Virus record (IMG/VR): IMGVR_UViG_3300037076_000416
Location: 7,172-71,171 of that record
Reading direction: 5' to 3' (one strand)
Length of the DNA stretch: 64,000 nt
Origin: a virus
In this document: positions 48,046-58,412 of the stretch, piece after piece
Position numbering within the stretch: the stretch's first letter is position 1
Layout: each line of letters begins with the position of its first letter
The notes under the pieces: generated by a model
Told to the model about the DNA's origin: nothing
The model's database searches: none
The model's input: the letters and a program-made list of their open reading frames with translations, nothing else
Translations under genes and position numbers: made by a program

Positions 48046-49563
48046 CTAGTTGCCTCCTCGCGCAAGGGCTGCCTGGACGTCCGGCATCATCGGCGCCACG
48101 GCGGGCGCGGGAGCCGGCTGGGTTGCTGGCGGAGGGGCCGCGGCGAGCCGCTCGCGGATGAGGGCGATCTGGCGCGGCGAGAGGCCGAGCTCCTCCCAGA
48201 TGGTCTCCTCGTCGATGCCGAGCGCCTTCCACTTGGTCATCGCGTCGGTGTGGGTGGCCTCGGTCCGGCTCTCCGGGTCCTTCCAGATGATCTCGGCACC
48301 GAGGTCCTTCCCGCGCGGGTCGTCACGGAACGCGAAGTTGAGCCGGAAGACCTCCTCCCAGGACTCGCCCTTGTAGAGCTGCGAGTCGAGGACCTTGGCG
48401 ACGAGGCCCGTCTCGGCGCTCTTCAGGGACTCGCCCGAGGGCGGCTGGCCCGACTGCGGCAGGAGGTAGTGGTACGGCGTCCGGCTGATCGCGCCGAGGT
48501 GCTGCACCTCCATCTGGACGCCGGAGATCATCGGCGCGAGGTCGGTCTGCTCGAACTCCCCGAGCTCGGGAGTCGCCGGGTTCGGGTCCTCGGGGTCGGG
48601 CGGGGGCAGGATCCACAGGCGATCCACCGCGGCCTTGAACGGCTCGATCGGCTGGCCCGTCTTCTCGTCGATCTCGACCTCCCAGTTCTTGAGCCAGCGC
48701 TGGCGGAAGGCGGCGAGGTCCGACGCGTTGATCGTGTCGGCACGCAGCTTGTTGATCGCGTCCTGGTTGCTCATCACCATCGCGATCTCGGACTGCCCCT
48801 CGTCGGGCCCGAAAACGCCCGGGATCGGCCGGCCGTAGGCGTCGAGGACCGGGGCGGTGAGGCGCGGCCGGTTGACGAGCGGCACGATCGGGATGACGCG
48901 CAGCGGGTTCCGCACCGGCCACGGCTCGCCCGGGACCTCGTCGCGGGTCCACTGCGCGACCCGGCCCCAGGAGGCGGCGCTGAACTCGACCGCCTTCTGC
49001 TCCGATCGGAACTTGTAGATGCCGTCTGGGAGGTACAGCTCGGCGCGGTAGCGGCCGTCGTCCGCGAGCCAGCGCTTGAGGGCCGCGCGGCGCTTCCAGC
49101 TCTTGCCGGGCTCGGTCTCGACGGTGACCTGGAGCGCCGACTCGATCGTGGCCTCGGGCTCGCCGCTGACCGCGTCGGGCCAGACGAGCACGTAGGCGAG
49201 GCCCTTGACGAGCGACTCGGTGTGCGCGATCTGCGACTCCGCGTCGAGCCGGTTGCGCTGCCACCAGTCCCAGGCGTCGGTGTCGCCGCCCCGGTTGTCG
49301 CCGATGCGAATGCCCTGCACCTGCAGCCGCTCGCGGTGGGCGTCCACGACGAGGGACATGAAGTTGGAGCTGAACTCGCGGAAGCGGTCGCCGAAGGCTG
49401 CCCGGAAGGTGTCCGACACGAACGCGAGCGGCTGGCGCCCGGCGTAGTACGCCTCGTACCGCTCCATCCGGTCGCGCCGATCGTCGAGGCGCTTGCCGAG
49501 CCGGGCGAGCCACCAGGGGAGCGAGCCGGGGTCGAGCGTGACGGGCGCCATCGGGTCGATCAT
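48046..49563 (-). CDS. Portal protein (SPP1 gp6-like)
   Basis: YEAYYAGRQ, NFMSLVVD, NPLRVIPIVPLVN, QDAINK, SGESLKSAETGL. Confidence 0.92.
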   Translation of the reverse strand: MIDPMAPVTLDPGSLPWWLARLGKRLDDRRDRMERYEAYYAGRQPLAFVSDTFRAAFGDRFREFSSNFMSLVVDAHRERLQVQGIRIGDNRGGDTDAWDWWQRNRLDAESQIAHTESLVKGLAYVLVWPDAVSGEPEATIESALQVTVETEPGKSWKRRAALKRWLADDGRYRAELYLPDGIYKFRSEQKAVEFSAASWGRVAQWTRDEVPGEPWPVRNPLRVIPIVPLVNRPRLTAPVLDAYGRPIPGVFGPDEGQSEIAMVMSNQDAINKLRADTINASDLAAFRQRWLKNWEVEIDEKTGQPIEPFKAAVDRLWILPPPDPEDPNPATPELGEFEQTDLAPMISGVQMEVQHLGAISRTPYHYLLPQSGQPPSGESLKSAETGLVAKVLDSQLYKGESWEEVFRLNFAFRDDPRGKDLGAEIIWKDPESRTEATHTDAMTKWKALGIDEETIWEELGLSPRQIALIRERLAAAPPPATQPAPAPAVAPMMPDVQAALARGGN

Positions 49564-51089
49564 CAGAACCCCACGGCCTTCCGGGGCGTGCGCACGAACG
49601 CGACAGGCGCTTCCTGCATGGCCATCGCGACGGCGCGGACGAGCGCGACGCAGGCGACGTTGGGGCGCGTCGAACCGTGCTTGGAGCGGGTGACCTTCAT
49701 GCCGCGGTCGGTCAGAACGGCGGTCGTGTTGGCGACGTGCTCAGCGAGGACCGGATCGTCGGCGTGGACCAGTCGCCCCGTGGTGATGAGCTCGAAGGCC
49801 ATCGTCGAGGGCGGGGCCATCACGGCCGCCGTCATGGGCACGTCGACCATGTTCAGGCCGTCCTGCTCGAGCATCTCGGCCGACTCGCCGAAGGCCACGC
49901 GGTCGAACGCGAAGGCAGGTCCTGGGATCGCCCGCCTCGTCTTCTCGTCGCGGGTCTGCGCCAGCGGGTAGGTCGTTCGGAGCGTGCGGAGGGCGACCCG
50001 CATCGCCTCGGCCGACACGATGCCCGTGGCCGCCTCGGGCGCGAACACCTGCGACCTCACCACGACGCGATCTCCCTGGCGTTGCGCGACCGCGACCGCG
50101 CCAAGCTCACCGTCCGGGCTCCGATCGATGCCGACCCCGATCGGCAGAGCGACGTTGAGCGGCAGGTCGCCGCGCGTCGCAGACCACGCCCCTTCGCGCA
50201 ACCAGGTGTCCTCGGTGCCCAGGAACTGGTTGAGGTGGTAGCGGCGCCATTCGAGGAGCGCACCGCGAGCCCGAAGCCTCGCGAACTCCCGACCGAGGTA
50301 CTTGCCGTCCGCGAGCCAGGACGCGGGATTGCAGGCGAGCCAGACCGCGGGGTCCTCGATGTCGGCGTCGCGCGGAGCGCCGTACCAGTAGATGAGGGTC
50401 CCGTTGACTCGGTCGCGGTAGATGAGCAGGGAGCCCCGCACCTCGAGCTCGCCGGTTCCGGAGAACATCGAGTCGTACAGGTCGGCGAGGATGCCCTCAC
50501 CGGCGACGCCAGCGGTCGTGATCCACAGGGTGAAGGGCTGCTCACGGGCGCCGGTCCCGGTCGTGAGGGCCGTGTACAGCTCGGCTGACTTGTGGGCGTG
50601 CAGCTCGTCGATGATGTTGGCCGAGGGGTTGAGGCCGTGCTGGAGGGCGCCGTCGCTCGACAGGGAGCGCATGATCCCGCCGTTGCGGGCGCACTCGATT
50701 CGGAGGGAGCGGTAGGGCCGCAGGCGATCGAGCAGGAGCGGGGACCGGCGGACCATGCTGATCGACTGGCCCATGACGATCCCGGCCTGGTTGCGGGCCG
50801 CCGCGGCGACATAGACCTCGGGCTCGGATTCGCCGTCGGCGTCGAGCATGTACAGCCCGGCACCGGCAGCCATGGTGCTCTTGGAGTTCTTGCGGGGGAG
50901 CCCGAGGCCGACCTCGTTGTAGATGCGGAGGCCGGTGGCGGGATCGAACTCGAGGGCTTCCCACCAGAACTCGCGCTGCCAGTCCTCGTAAATGAGGGGG
51001 CGTCCCGCCCATCGGCCCTTGGTGTGGCGGATGTACCGCTCGCAGTACGCGGCGAAATGGGGGCCGCCGGACAGCGCGTCGGGGACCAC
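49563..51089 (-). CDS. terL: Terminase large subunit
   Basis: RHTKGRWAG, LPRKNSKST, IIDELHAH, ITTAG, CNP, YHLNQF. Confidence 0.93.
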   Translation of the reverse strand: MVPDALSGGPHFAAYCERYIRHTKGRWAGRPLIYEDWQREFWWEALEFDPATGLRIYNEVGLGLPRKNSKSTMAAGAGLYMLDADGESEPEVYVAAAARNQAGIVMGQSISMVRRSPLLLDRLRPYRSLRIECARNGGIMRSLSSDGALQHGLNPSANIIDELHAHKSAELYTALTTGTGAREQPFTLWITTAGVAGEGILADLYDSMFSGTGELEVRGSLLIYRDRVNGTLIYWYGAPRDADIEDPAVWLACNPASWLADGKYLGREFARLRARGALLEWRRYHLNQFLGTEDTWLREGAWSATRGDLPLNVALPIGVGIDRSPDGELGAVAVAQRQGDRVVVRSQVFAPEAATGIVSAEAMRVALRTLRTTYPLAQTRDEKTRRAIPGPAFAFDRVAFGESAEMLEQDGLNMVDVPMTAAVMAPPSTMAFELITTGRLVHADDPVLAEHVANTTAVLTDRGMKVTRSKHGSTRPNVACVALVRAVAMAMQEAPVAFVRTPRKAVGF

Positions 51090-51092
51090 GGC

Positions 51093-51587
51093 TCAGCCCA
51101 CATCGCCGACCACCCGAAGTCGTGGCGGGAGGCCGATGTCGGCCGTGAGCGAGTCCAGCGCATGCTCACGCTCGATCCGAAGGCCCGTCCGAGCCGAGGG
51201 CGACAGGCCGAGTTCGCGGGCGAAGAGGCGGATGGCATCGCGGTAGTCGCGGACGATCTGGTGGAGCGGGTTCTTGACCAGCTCGCCCTTCTGTCCACGG
51301 ACCAGGGGGCCCGACTGCGCCAGCAGCCGAACTGCGTATTCGTAGCCCGCGACGCCCTCGCAGTACGCCCGCAGGATGTCCCTATCGGCCGCCCGGATGA
51401 CGCCCGTGTGGCGCATGTCGCGCAGGACCCGCCGCCAGACGGCCTTCGCCGCGTCGTCCATGTCGGCCGGGATCTTCGGGACGTCGGGCGAGGGCATCGG
51501 CTCGCGCAGGTTGAGGCGGCTCGGGCGCGTCTCGCCGCGGAGCTGCTTCACCTTCGTCGGGGTCGGGGCCGGACCCCGCCTACCCAT
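51093..51587 (-). CDS. terS: Terminase small subunit, P27 family
   Basis: MGRRGPAPTPT..K.LRG, KNPL, ELGLSPSAR. Confidence 0.92.
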   Translation of the reverse strand: MGRRGPAPTPTKVKQLRGETRPSRLNLREPMPSPDVPKIPADMDDAAKAVWRRVLRDMRHTGVIRAADRDILRAYCEGVAGYEYAVRLLAQSGPLVRGQKGELVKNPLHQIVRDYRDAIRLFARELGLSPSARTGLRIEREHALDSLTADIGLPPRLRVVGDVG

Positions 51588-52962
51588 CGACGCGCTCCGC
51601 CGTCCGCCCGGTGAAGTTCTGCCAGCGCTCGATCGCCACCTGGACGTACTTGGGGTCGATCTCCATCGCGTAGCAGCGCCGGCCGAGCGTCTCTGCCGCC
51701 ATCAGCGTCGTGCCGGAGCCGCTGAAGGGCTCGTAGACGGCCTCGCCCGGGCGCAGGTGGTTCCGGATCGGGATCTCCGAGAGGAGCACCGGCTTCTGGG
51801 TCGGGTGGTCCTCCTTGTGCTCCTTGCTGCCGCCACCGATCCGCTTGGGACTGGGTGCGCGCCAGATCGTCGCCTGGTCGCGCTCGCCGATGAACAGGTT
51901 GGGAACGCCCGGCCGCCGGACCACGACGCATGGCTCGTGGGCCCAGTGGTACCAGGATCGGCCCACTGAGAAGAGGCCCTTGTCCCAGATGATCTGGCTG
52001 GCGACCTCGAACCCGATGTCGAGCAGGCCCTGCAGCACCTCGAGGGTGTGGACGCTCGCGTACCAGACGTAGCCGACCCGGAGGGACGGCACGAGGGCGA
52101 ACGCCTCGGACCAGTCGGCGCGGGTGTCCATGCTGATCGAAGTGTTGCGGTGGCCCGCGGTGTGGTGGCCCCGGATCGCCCGTGGGGCGTCCTCGCCCTC
52201 GGGCCGGCCGTCGGCGGCGTCGCGCATCATGTACGGCTTCTCGGCGCCCGCTACGACGCCCCAGCCCTTGACCCGCTTCCGCGGTCCGTTGTACACGCCG
52301 TCGCGCCAGGTCTGGTCGAGCTGAACGCCGTAGGGCGGGTCAGTCGCGAGGAGTGTGGGTTCCGCTCCGGCCAGGAGTCGCGTCACGTCCGCGGGGCTCG
52401 TCGCGTCACCGCAGAGGATGCGGTGGTCGCCGAGCACGTAGAGCTCGCCGGGCTTGACGTATGACTCCTCGGGCGGCTCGGGCACGTCGTCGGGATCGGT
52501 GAGGCCCGCCTTGGGGTCGTTGCCCTTGAGATCGCCGAGGAGGGCGAGCAGCCCGGCATCGTCGACCGTGACGTCTGCGAGCAGCGCCCGGAGCTTCTCC
52601 TCGTCGCGCCCTGCCATCGCGCCGATCGGGTCGAGGGTCGCGAGGACGAGCGCCTCCTCGGCGAGCTCGAGGTCGACATAGAGGACCGGCACGGTCGGCT
52701 CGCCCCGTCGCAGGGCGAGCGCGACCCGGGCATGGCCGTCGACGACGAAGCCGGTGCGCCGGTTCACGAGGACCTGCTGGACCCAGCCCACCTGGTCGAG
52801 GGCGCCGGCGAGGGCGTCCTGCTGCGCCTTCGGGTGAATCCGCCAGTTCGCCGGGTTGGCGAGCAGCTGGTCGGGCGCCTCCTGCCCGGAGCCGGTGATC
52901 CGGTTGCGCCACGTGGCGGTCTGCGTCGGCGCGGTGGTCTTGGTGGCCACGCGCGGGCTCAC
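51580..52962 (-). CDS. ParB-like N-terminal domain plus N6/N4 DNA methyltransferase
   Basis: ANPANWRIHP, VVDGHARV, HRILCGD, ATDPPYGV, HPTQKP, EPFSGSGTT. Confidence 0.9.
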   Translation of the reverse strand: MSPRVATKTTAPTQTATWRNRITGSGQEAPDQLLANPANWRIHPKAQQDALAGALDQVGWVQQVLVNRRTGFVVDGHARVALALRRGEPTVPVLYVDLELAEEALVLATLDPIGAMAGRDEEKLRALLADVTVDDAGLLALLGDLKGNDPKAGLTDPDDVPEPPEESYVKPGELYVLGDHRILCGDATSPADVTRLLAGAEPTLLATDPPYGVQLDQTWRDGVYNGPRKRVKGWGVVAGAEKPYMMRDAADGRPEGEDAPRAIRGHHTAGHRNTSISMDTRADWSEAFALVPSLRVGYVWYASVHTLEVLQGLLDIGFEVASQIIWDKGLFSVGRSWYHWAHEPCVVVRRPGVPNLFIGERDQATIWRAPSPKRIGGGSKEHKEDHPTQKPVLLSEIPIRNHLRPGEAVYEPFSGSGTTLMAAETLGRRCYAMEIDPKYVQVAIERWQNFTGRTAERVDG

Positions 52963-53450
52963 CGCGCCACTCCGGCGCCCTGTGGCGCCCGTGGGCGAAC
53001 CGGGGCCGCGGCGGGCACGGATATTTCTGGCGAAACTCGGCCGCGTGCACACGATTGGGAGGCGCGGACGTCCAGGAGCGCAGAACCCGCGTGTGGGGAC
53101 CCCCGGTCGACCCTTCGTGCGTTCACGAGGCGCGCTCCGTTGGCGGAGTTCCTCGATCGGCAGAGCACCCGGGTGTTGGCGGGGTCGAACGGCCCGCCGC
53201 CATCGATCAGCGCATGCACGTGATCGAGCGTCAGGTCATGAGATGCGTGGGCAGGGTGCTCGACGCCATCGCCCGGACAAACCCAGCCGTACTGCCCGAC
53301 GTGGCGGGCGATCATCCGCTTGGACAGGCGAGTCCATCGCGGATCAGCGTGAAGGTGATGGTTGGCCCCGATGCCCGACAGCCGCGGGTGCTGGCCGCAG
53401 CGTCCAGTCGTTCGGCTCGTGACGACGCCACAGACGGTGCAGAGCTTCAC
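52959..53450 (-). CDS. HNH endonuclease (packaging-associated)
   Basis: CTVCG...CGQH, LDHVHAL..GG..FDPANTRVLCRSRN. Confidence 0.85.
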   Translation of the reverse strand: MKLCTVCGVVTSRTTGRCGQHPRLSGIGANHHLHADPRWTRLSKRMIARHVGQYGWVCPGDGVEHPAHASHDLTLDHVHALIDGGGPFDPANTRVLCRSRNSANGARLVNARRVDRGSPHAGSALLDVRASQSCARGRVSPEISVPAAAPVRPRAPQGAGVAR

Positions 53451-53574
53451 TCGCTAGACCACGACCGCCGTGCGGTTGGGCTGCCCTCGGGCGTCAAGAC
53501 CTCGACCACCGTGCCCTCGGGCAGGGTCGGGTTGGACACGGGCGTCGTCTTCGCGCTCGCGCGGTTGACGGCGC

Positions 53575-53657
53575 GGACGTACCCGAGGTCGCGACAGGCA
53601 GGGGAGCCCGGGAGTCGGTGTGGATCTGACCAGCGCGCCGTCATGCCCGCAAGCGTG
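53575..53657 (+). repeat. ~83-bp direct repeat, copy 1
   Basis: GGACGTACCCGAGGTCGCGACAGGCAGGGG...AAGCGTG, near-identical to 55154-55235. Confidence 0.92.
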
Positions 53658-53776
53658 CGGACGGCGGGCCGCGATTCCTATTCGGTCGATTGGGCCATGC
53701 ATGTCACCCGACCACTACCGCGTGTACTGCGCGGCGAGGCATAGCACCGCCGAAAACAACCCCTTGACTCGGAACC

Positions 53777-54397
53777 GTGAAACCGGGATGGCCGTCGCGG
53801 ACACTACGGGGTGTGGCGGAGATGGAGCACGACGAGGCGCGACTCTGGTCGCTGGCGCGCGGTGGCGATGCCCTGGCGTTCGCCGCCATCTTCGACCTGC
53901 ACCGGGACCGCGTGTTCCGCCAGGCCGTCCGCCTGCTGGACGCCGGGCCTGACGCGGAGGACGTGTCGGCCTCGGCGTTCCTCGAGCTGTTCCGCAGGCG
54001 GGACGACGTCCGGATCGTCAACGGGTCGGTCCTGCCGTGGCTGCTGGTCACGACGGCCAACCTGGCGAGGAACTCCACGCGGGCACGGCGCCGCTACCGG
54101 GACTTCCTGGCGAGGCTGCCTCGAGACGGCACGGAGCCCGCATCGGCCGATGTGGCCCTGTCGGTCGTCGACCTCGACCTGGACCCCCGGCTCCAGCGCG
54201 CCCTGCGGCAGCTCTCGGAGGAGGACGTCGTGCTCCTGACCCTGGTGGCGCTCGAGGACTTCACGATCGCGGACGCAGCCGCAGTCCTCGGCCTGAGCCC
54301 GGGAGGGGCCAAGACGCGACTGCACCGCGCGAGGCAGCGCATCCGCAAGACCCTGCCCGAATTCCAGGTTGCCTACGACCAGGCGGGAGCCCCGTGA
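53777..54397 (+). CDS. ECF sigma-70 factor
   Basis: DAEDVSASAF, LPWLLVTTANLARN, AAAVLGLSPGGAKTRLHRAR; start may be 53822. Confidence 0.92.
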   Translation: MKPGWPSRTLRGVAEMEHDEARLWSLARGGDALAFAAIFDLHRDRVFRQAVRLLDAGPDAEDVSASAFLELFRRRDDVRIVNGSVLPWLLVTTANLARNSTRARRRYRDFLARLPRDGTEPASADVALSVVDLDLDPRLQRALRQLSEEDVVLLTLVALEDFTIADAAAVLGLSPGGAKTRLHRARQRIRKTLPEFQVAYDQAGAP

Positions 54398-55152
54398 TGA
54401 CGATCCAGATGGACGACCGCTACGCGAGCGCGCTGCGCGAGGCGCTCATCGACCACGTCCAGACCGCGTCGGGGCGTCGACGCGGCGCCGCACGCCGCCT
54501 GGCCATCGGCGCCGCCGCCGGCCTGCTGCTTGTCGCGGGGGCAGCTGCCGGAGCGGTCGCGACCGGCATCCTGCATTTCCCGGGCACGCCGGACGTAGCG
54601 CCTCTGGCGCCGAGCGTCACGGTGACGGGCGAGGGGACCCAGACGGTGGAACTCGGCGCGCCGCCGGCCGGCACGACGGAACTCGAGATCAGGCTGGCAT
54701 GCCTGACGGCCGGGGCCTTCCAGACGGCCGACGGCGCCTCGCTCGTGTGCGACGCCTCCAGCGCGGGCACGGGCGCGATGGACTGGCACCTGGCCGTCGT
54801 CGCCGGCCAGCACTCGACGGTCATCACCGCGCGCGCGGGCGAGCGGTGGCGCCTCGTGGCGACCTACTCACGCGTGACGGACACCGCGTGGGGCGTCAAC
54901 GCGGACGGGCTCACCTACGGGGTCCCCAACGACCGCGGCACGCCCGACCTCGTGGCGGCCGTCGCCAGCAACGGAAGGGTGGGCTACGTCTACAGCCGGG
55001 ACATGTTCCCGCCGACCCCGTCCTCGCTCCAGATCGGGGGCGACCCCGAGCCTCGCACCATCACTGTCTACACCTCCGACGGCCACACGGTCATCGGGCA
55101 GATCCGCACCGGCGTCAACCCGAGCACCGCCCCGGCGAGCACCGCCCCGTAA
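54394..55152 (+). CDS. Putative single-pass anti-sigma factor
   Basis: Coupled to the sigma gene; TM LAIGAAAGLLLVAGAAAG; WGVNADGLTYG...PDLVAAVASNGRVGYV. Confidence 0.75.
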   Translation: MMTIQMDDRYASALREALIDHVQTASGRRRGAARRLAIGAAAGLLLVAGAAAGAVATGILHFPGTPDVAPLAPSVTVTGEGTQTVELGAPPAGTTELEIRLACLTAGAFQTADGASLVCDASSAGTGAMDWHLAVVAGQHSTVITARAGERWRLVATYSRVTDTAWGVNADGLTYGVPNDRGTPDLVAAVASNGRVGYVYSRDMFPPTPSSLQIGGDPEPRTITVYTSDGHTVIGQIRTGVNPSTAPASTAP

Positions 55153-55153
55153 T

Positions 55154-55235
55154 GGACGTACCCGAGGTCGCGACAGGCAGGGGACCCGGGAGTCGGTGTG
55201 GATCAGACCAGCGCGCCGCCATGCCCCCAAGCGTG
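55154..55235 (+). repeat. ~82-bp direct repeat, copy 2
   Basis: Three substitutions and one indel relative to 53575-53657. Confidence 0.92.
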
Positions 55236-55319
55236 GGGTAGGTTTGGGCCATGCCTTCGGGGCTTCCGGGCGATGGGGCGAAGATTGAACCGGGCAGGGT
55301 CCGCTCGCATCTGTAGAGC

Positions 55320-55892
55320 ATGGTGGCCATCGAACGACTGGAGGGCCTGATCAACGTGGGGCCTCGCGCGTCCGGGGGGACGGAGGTCGAGCGGAGGGCA
55401 GCCTTCGAGCGGTTCACCCAGAGCCGTTTGGAGCGCGCCTACCGCTTGGCTGGTCTCCTTCTCCGCGATCGAACGGATGCCGAGGATGCCGTCCATGACG
55501 CCGCGGTCCTGGCCTGGCTCCACTGGGGGGAGCTGCGCGATCCCGAGCGGGTCGACGCCTGGTTCGACCGGATCCTCGTCAACGGCTGCCGCGCGCGGAT
55601 GCGCCGAAAGATGATCCGCCCGCTCGTCTTTGCCAACGGAGCCGAGGCGCCGGGCCCCGACGCATTCGCCGGCCTGCACGAGCGCGAGATCCTCCATCGG
55701 GCTCTCGCGACCCTCGACGCCGACCACCGCGTGGCGGTCGTCCTGCGCTACATCGCCGACCTGTCGCCCGCCGAGATCGCCGCCCGGACGGGCGAGCGCG
55801 AGGGCACCGTGAAGTCGCGGCTCCACTACGCGCTGCGCCAGATGCGTGCGGCCCTCGACGCCGCGGAGCGGGCGCCCGGAGGTTCCCGATGA
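55320..55892 (+). CDS. ECF sigma-70 factor
   Basis: DAEDAVHDA, AWFDRILVNGCR, GTVKSRLHYAL. Confidence 0.92.
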   Translation: MVAIERLEGLINVGPRASGGTEVERRAAFERFTQSRLERAYRLAGLLLRDRTDAEDAVHDAAVLAWLHWGELRDPERVDAWFDRILVNGCRARMRRKMIRPLVFANGAEAPGPDAFAGLHEREILHRALATLDADHRVAVVLRYIADLSPAEIAARTGEREGTVKSRLHYALRQMRAALDAAERAPGGSR

Positions 55893-57388
55893 ACGACGAG
55901 CGCCTTGAGCGCGAGGTGCGTGCCGCCCTCCTCGAGGACGATCCCGGCCCGGTCGGCAGCGGACTCCGGGCGCGCATCGCCGCGGTGCCCGACGACGCGG
56001 CGCTTCGGCCCAGGCTCGTCCGGTCTCCGCGCGTTTCCCGGCTGATGGTCTCGGCGGCGGCAGTCGCCGCGGTGGTCCTCGTCAGCGCCACGCTCGTCAT
56101 CGGGTTGGGCGCTCGCCGGACCTCGGTCGGACCGGCGCCGAGCGTTCTTCCCTCGGTTATGCCGATCAGCCCGGCGCCGTCAGCCGTGCCATCTGTGTCG
56201 CCCGCTCCCACGCCGAGTCCGTCGGGGTTGACTCCCGTGCCTGCCCCGTGGGGTGGCCTGCGCTGGCCGGCACCGATCGTCTTGCCCGACGCCAACTCGG
56301 TCGAGGGCGTCACCACATTCGACGGACAGCTCTTCGCAGTCGGCCACATCGTCGGAACGGGTGGCCAGAACCCGGTCGCTGTCTGGCGATCGTCGGACGG
56401 GACGACGTGGACGCCACTCGCCCAGAGTGGAGCGACGTTTGCGGGGGACGCCTTTGTCGAAAGCCTCGTCGCGACCCCGGACGGCCTTCTCGCCTGGGGG
56501 CCGGCCGGCGGATCAACCTGCACCGGACAGGGAGAGGGGCAGGCAACGTGCGTGCCGCCTTCCGACGTCATCTGGAGGTCGCCCGACGGGAGTAACTGGA
56601 CCCGGGATGCGTCTGCCTTCGCGGGCGCGTGGCTCCAGGCGATCGCCAGAGGAACGCACGGTTTCGTGGCCATCGGGGACATGGGCTGGGACAGGCCGGC
56701 TATCTGGCTCTCGGACACCGGTGCGACCTGGCAGCGGCTCGCCCTGCCCGCCGCCGTGTTCGCCGACGCGCACTTCTCCACCGTCCGCGCGACGTCGACC
56801 GGTTACGTCCTCGCCGGCGGGACGGGTTCGATTTCGGTCTCGGTGACGGGCGGGCCGATGGCGACCGCGTCGAAGGTGGCTGCGGGCTGGTGGTCTCCCG
56901 ACGGGCGCACCTGGACGAAGGCGACGGTGACGCGCGCGACCGAGACAGGATCCAACCTTGGGACAATCTCGGTCGGTTCGCATGGCCTGGTGGCCACAGG
57001 AGCCAGCCCCGCCGAACGGGATCATGCAGCGTGGACATCAGCCGACGGAGGCACCTGGACCCCGATCGCCGCGGGCTACATCGCAGCTCCCGCCACCTCG
57101 ACAAGCGTCGCCACGCTGCCGTCGGACTTGATCGTCGATAACGGCACTGACCTCATCGCGATCGCCGTCAACGAGCAGCTCGGGCTCCGAATGTGGACCT
57201 CGTCCGACGGCGTCGCCTGGCGGCCGCTGCCGTTCTCCGGTGCCATCGACGCGCTTCCGGCGTGGCCGGGCGACCCGACCCGGCCCGTGTTCGACCGAGC
57301 CTTCGTCGTACCGGACGGCCTCGTCGTCATCGGCCACTTGGGCAGCTCGTTGCAGCAGTCCGTCTGGCACGTCGTCGCGCTGCCGTAG
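55889..57388 (+). CDS. Putative anti-sigma factor with TM helix, Pro/Ser linker and W-x-S-x-D-G repeat propeller
   Basis: WRSSDGTTW, WRSPDGSNW, WLSDTGATW, WWSPDGRTW, WTSADGGTW, WTSSDGVAW. Confidence 0.8.
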   Translation: MNDERLEREVRAALLEDDPGPVGSGLRARIAAVPDDAALRPRLVRSPRVSRLMVSAAAVAAVVLVSATLVIGLGARRTSVGPAPSVLPSVMPISPAPSAVPSVSPAPTPSPSGLTPVPAPWGGLRWPAPIVLPDANSVEGVTTFDGQLFAVGHIVGTGGQNPVAVWRSSDGTTWTPLAQSGATFAGDAFVESLVATPDGLLAWGPAGGSTCTGQGEGQATCVPPSDVIWRSPDGSNWTRDASAFAGAWLQAIARGTHGFVAIGDMGWDRPAIWLSDTGATWQRLALPAAVFADAHFSTVRATSTGYVLAGGTGSISVSVTGGPMATASKVAAGWWSPDGRTWTKATVTRATETGSNLGTISVGSHGLVATGASPAERDHAAWTSADGGTWTPIAAGYIAAPATSTSVATLPSDLIVDNGTDLIAIAVNEQLGLRMWTSSDGVAWRPLPFSGAIDALPAWPGDPTRPVFDRAFVVPDGLVVIGHLGSSLQQSVWHVVALP

Positions 57389-57809
57389 GACCGTCCCGAC
57401 CATCGTCGGGTCGCGTGACCTGCGCCATCCGCGCGATCGAGCGGGAGGTGGCTCGGTGGTGGCTGTCTGCGGTTGGGCCGAGATTCGTTGATGCCGCTGG
57501 CTACCGGTCAGCAACCCTCGGGGAGTGCGGGCCGGGCTGACAGGGCTCCCCAGCCCCCGATGCACGGTCAGCGTTGAGGCATCTTCAAAGGCTGTTCGTC
57601 TCGGGCCGATGACCCAGTCCACAGGGCAAACCAGCATCCCAACCGGGGCGCGAAACGGGACTCCTGCCGAGTGTCAGAACCCACCTCTTGCCGAGGAGTA
57701 ATCAACACGGAAAGTCCTCCCAATCCGGCAGGAGGTGGAGATGCCGGTGACTCCCTGAGCGTCGCGATCAGCCTCGTTCGACGTTCGCCATCCCACCGTC
57801 GCGAGGTGA

Positions 57810-58223
57810 TCAGAGTCTTCGGGGCGACCTTCTCCGAGCGAGTCGGAGGAAGAAAGTCCCGCACGCGAACCCGAGGCTGCCGAATGTCCCGGCGGCCCAC
57901 GCCCCACTCACACCGCCGACTACCAGAGCCACCAGACTCATCGCGCCTTGCGGGCTGGCGAGCAACATGGCCGACGCCCACACAACGCCGCCACCGAACG
58001 CGCCGACAAACATTGCGAACCATGCGTCCGGCACAGGCGCGAGCACGCGAACCGCCAGACCAACGCCGAAGAAACAGGAGATGACCACGGCGTAGAAGAC
58101 CACGCTCGACGACACCGCGTCTGGGGCGAGCCCCGAGAGCGCGAGCCCGAGTGGCATCGCGAGGGCGGCGACAACGCCCGCCGCAATGGCGATGCCGACG
58201 TGGGCGCGCGACACAACTGGCAT
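57810..58223 (-). CDS. Small multi-pass membrane protein
   Basis: About four hydrophobic segments. Confidence 0.55.
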   Translation of the reverse strand: MPVVSRAHVGIAIAAGVVAALAMPLGLALSGLAPDAVSSSVVFYAVVISCFFGVGLAVRVLAPVPDAWFAMFVGAFGGGVVWASAMLLASPQGAMSLVALVVGGVSGAWAAGTFGSLGFACGTFFLRLARRRSPRRL

Positions 58224-58412
58224 ACCGTCCTCCGCGCCCGGCCACCTGCTCCTCTTCGCAGGCGCCGGCCTCCATTATTGCGCGGTCGTCCAGCCGCTGA
58301 TGGCCACCGAGAGGGCGAAATCGAGGCCAAATCGGAAATCAACCGCCATCTCCACCTCCTGCCGGACTGGAAGTCCTCTTGCTGCCGCACTCGAGCCGAC
58401 CTGAAGGCCCGG

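Noticed and set aside
47458-49971. 837-aa plus-strand ORF
   Set aside because: Antisense to the scaffold, portal and terminase genes; no motifs
53575-55235. Repeats as CRISPR, integron attC or DGR template/variable repeats
   Set aside because: Only two copies 1.5 kb apart; no cas, IntI or reverse transcriptase gene; no attC-type ends; differences are not adenine-specific
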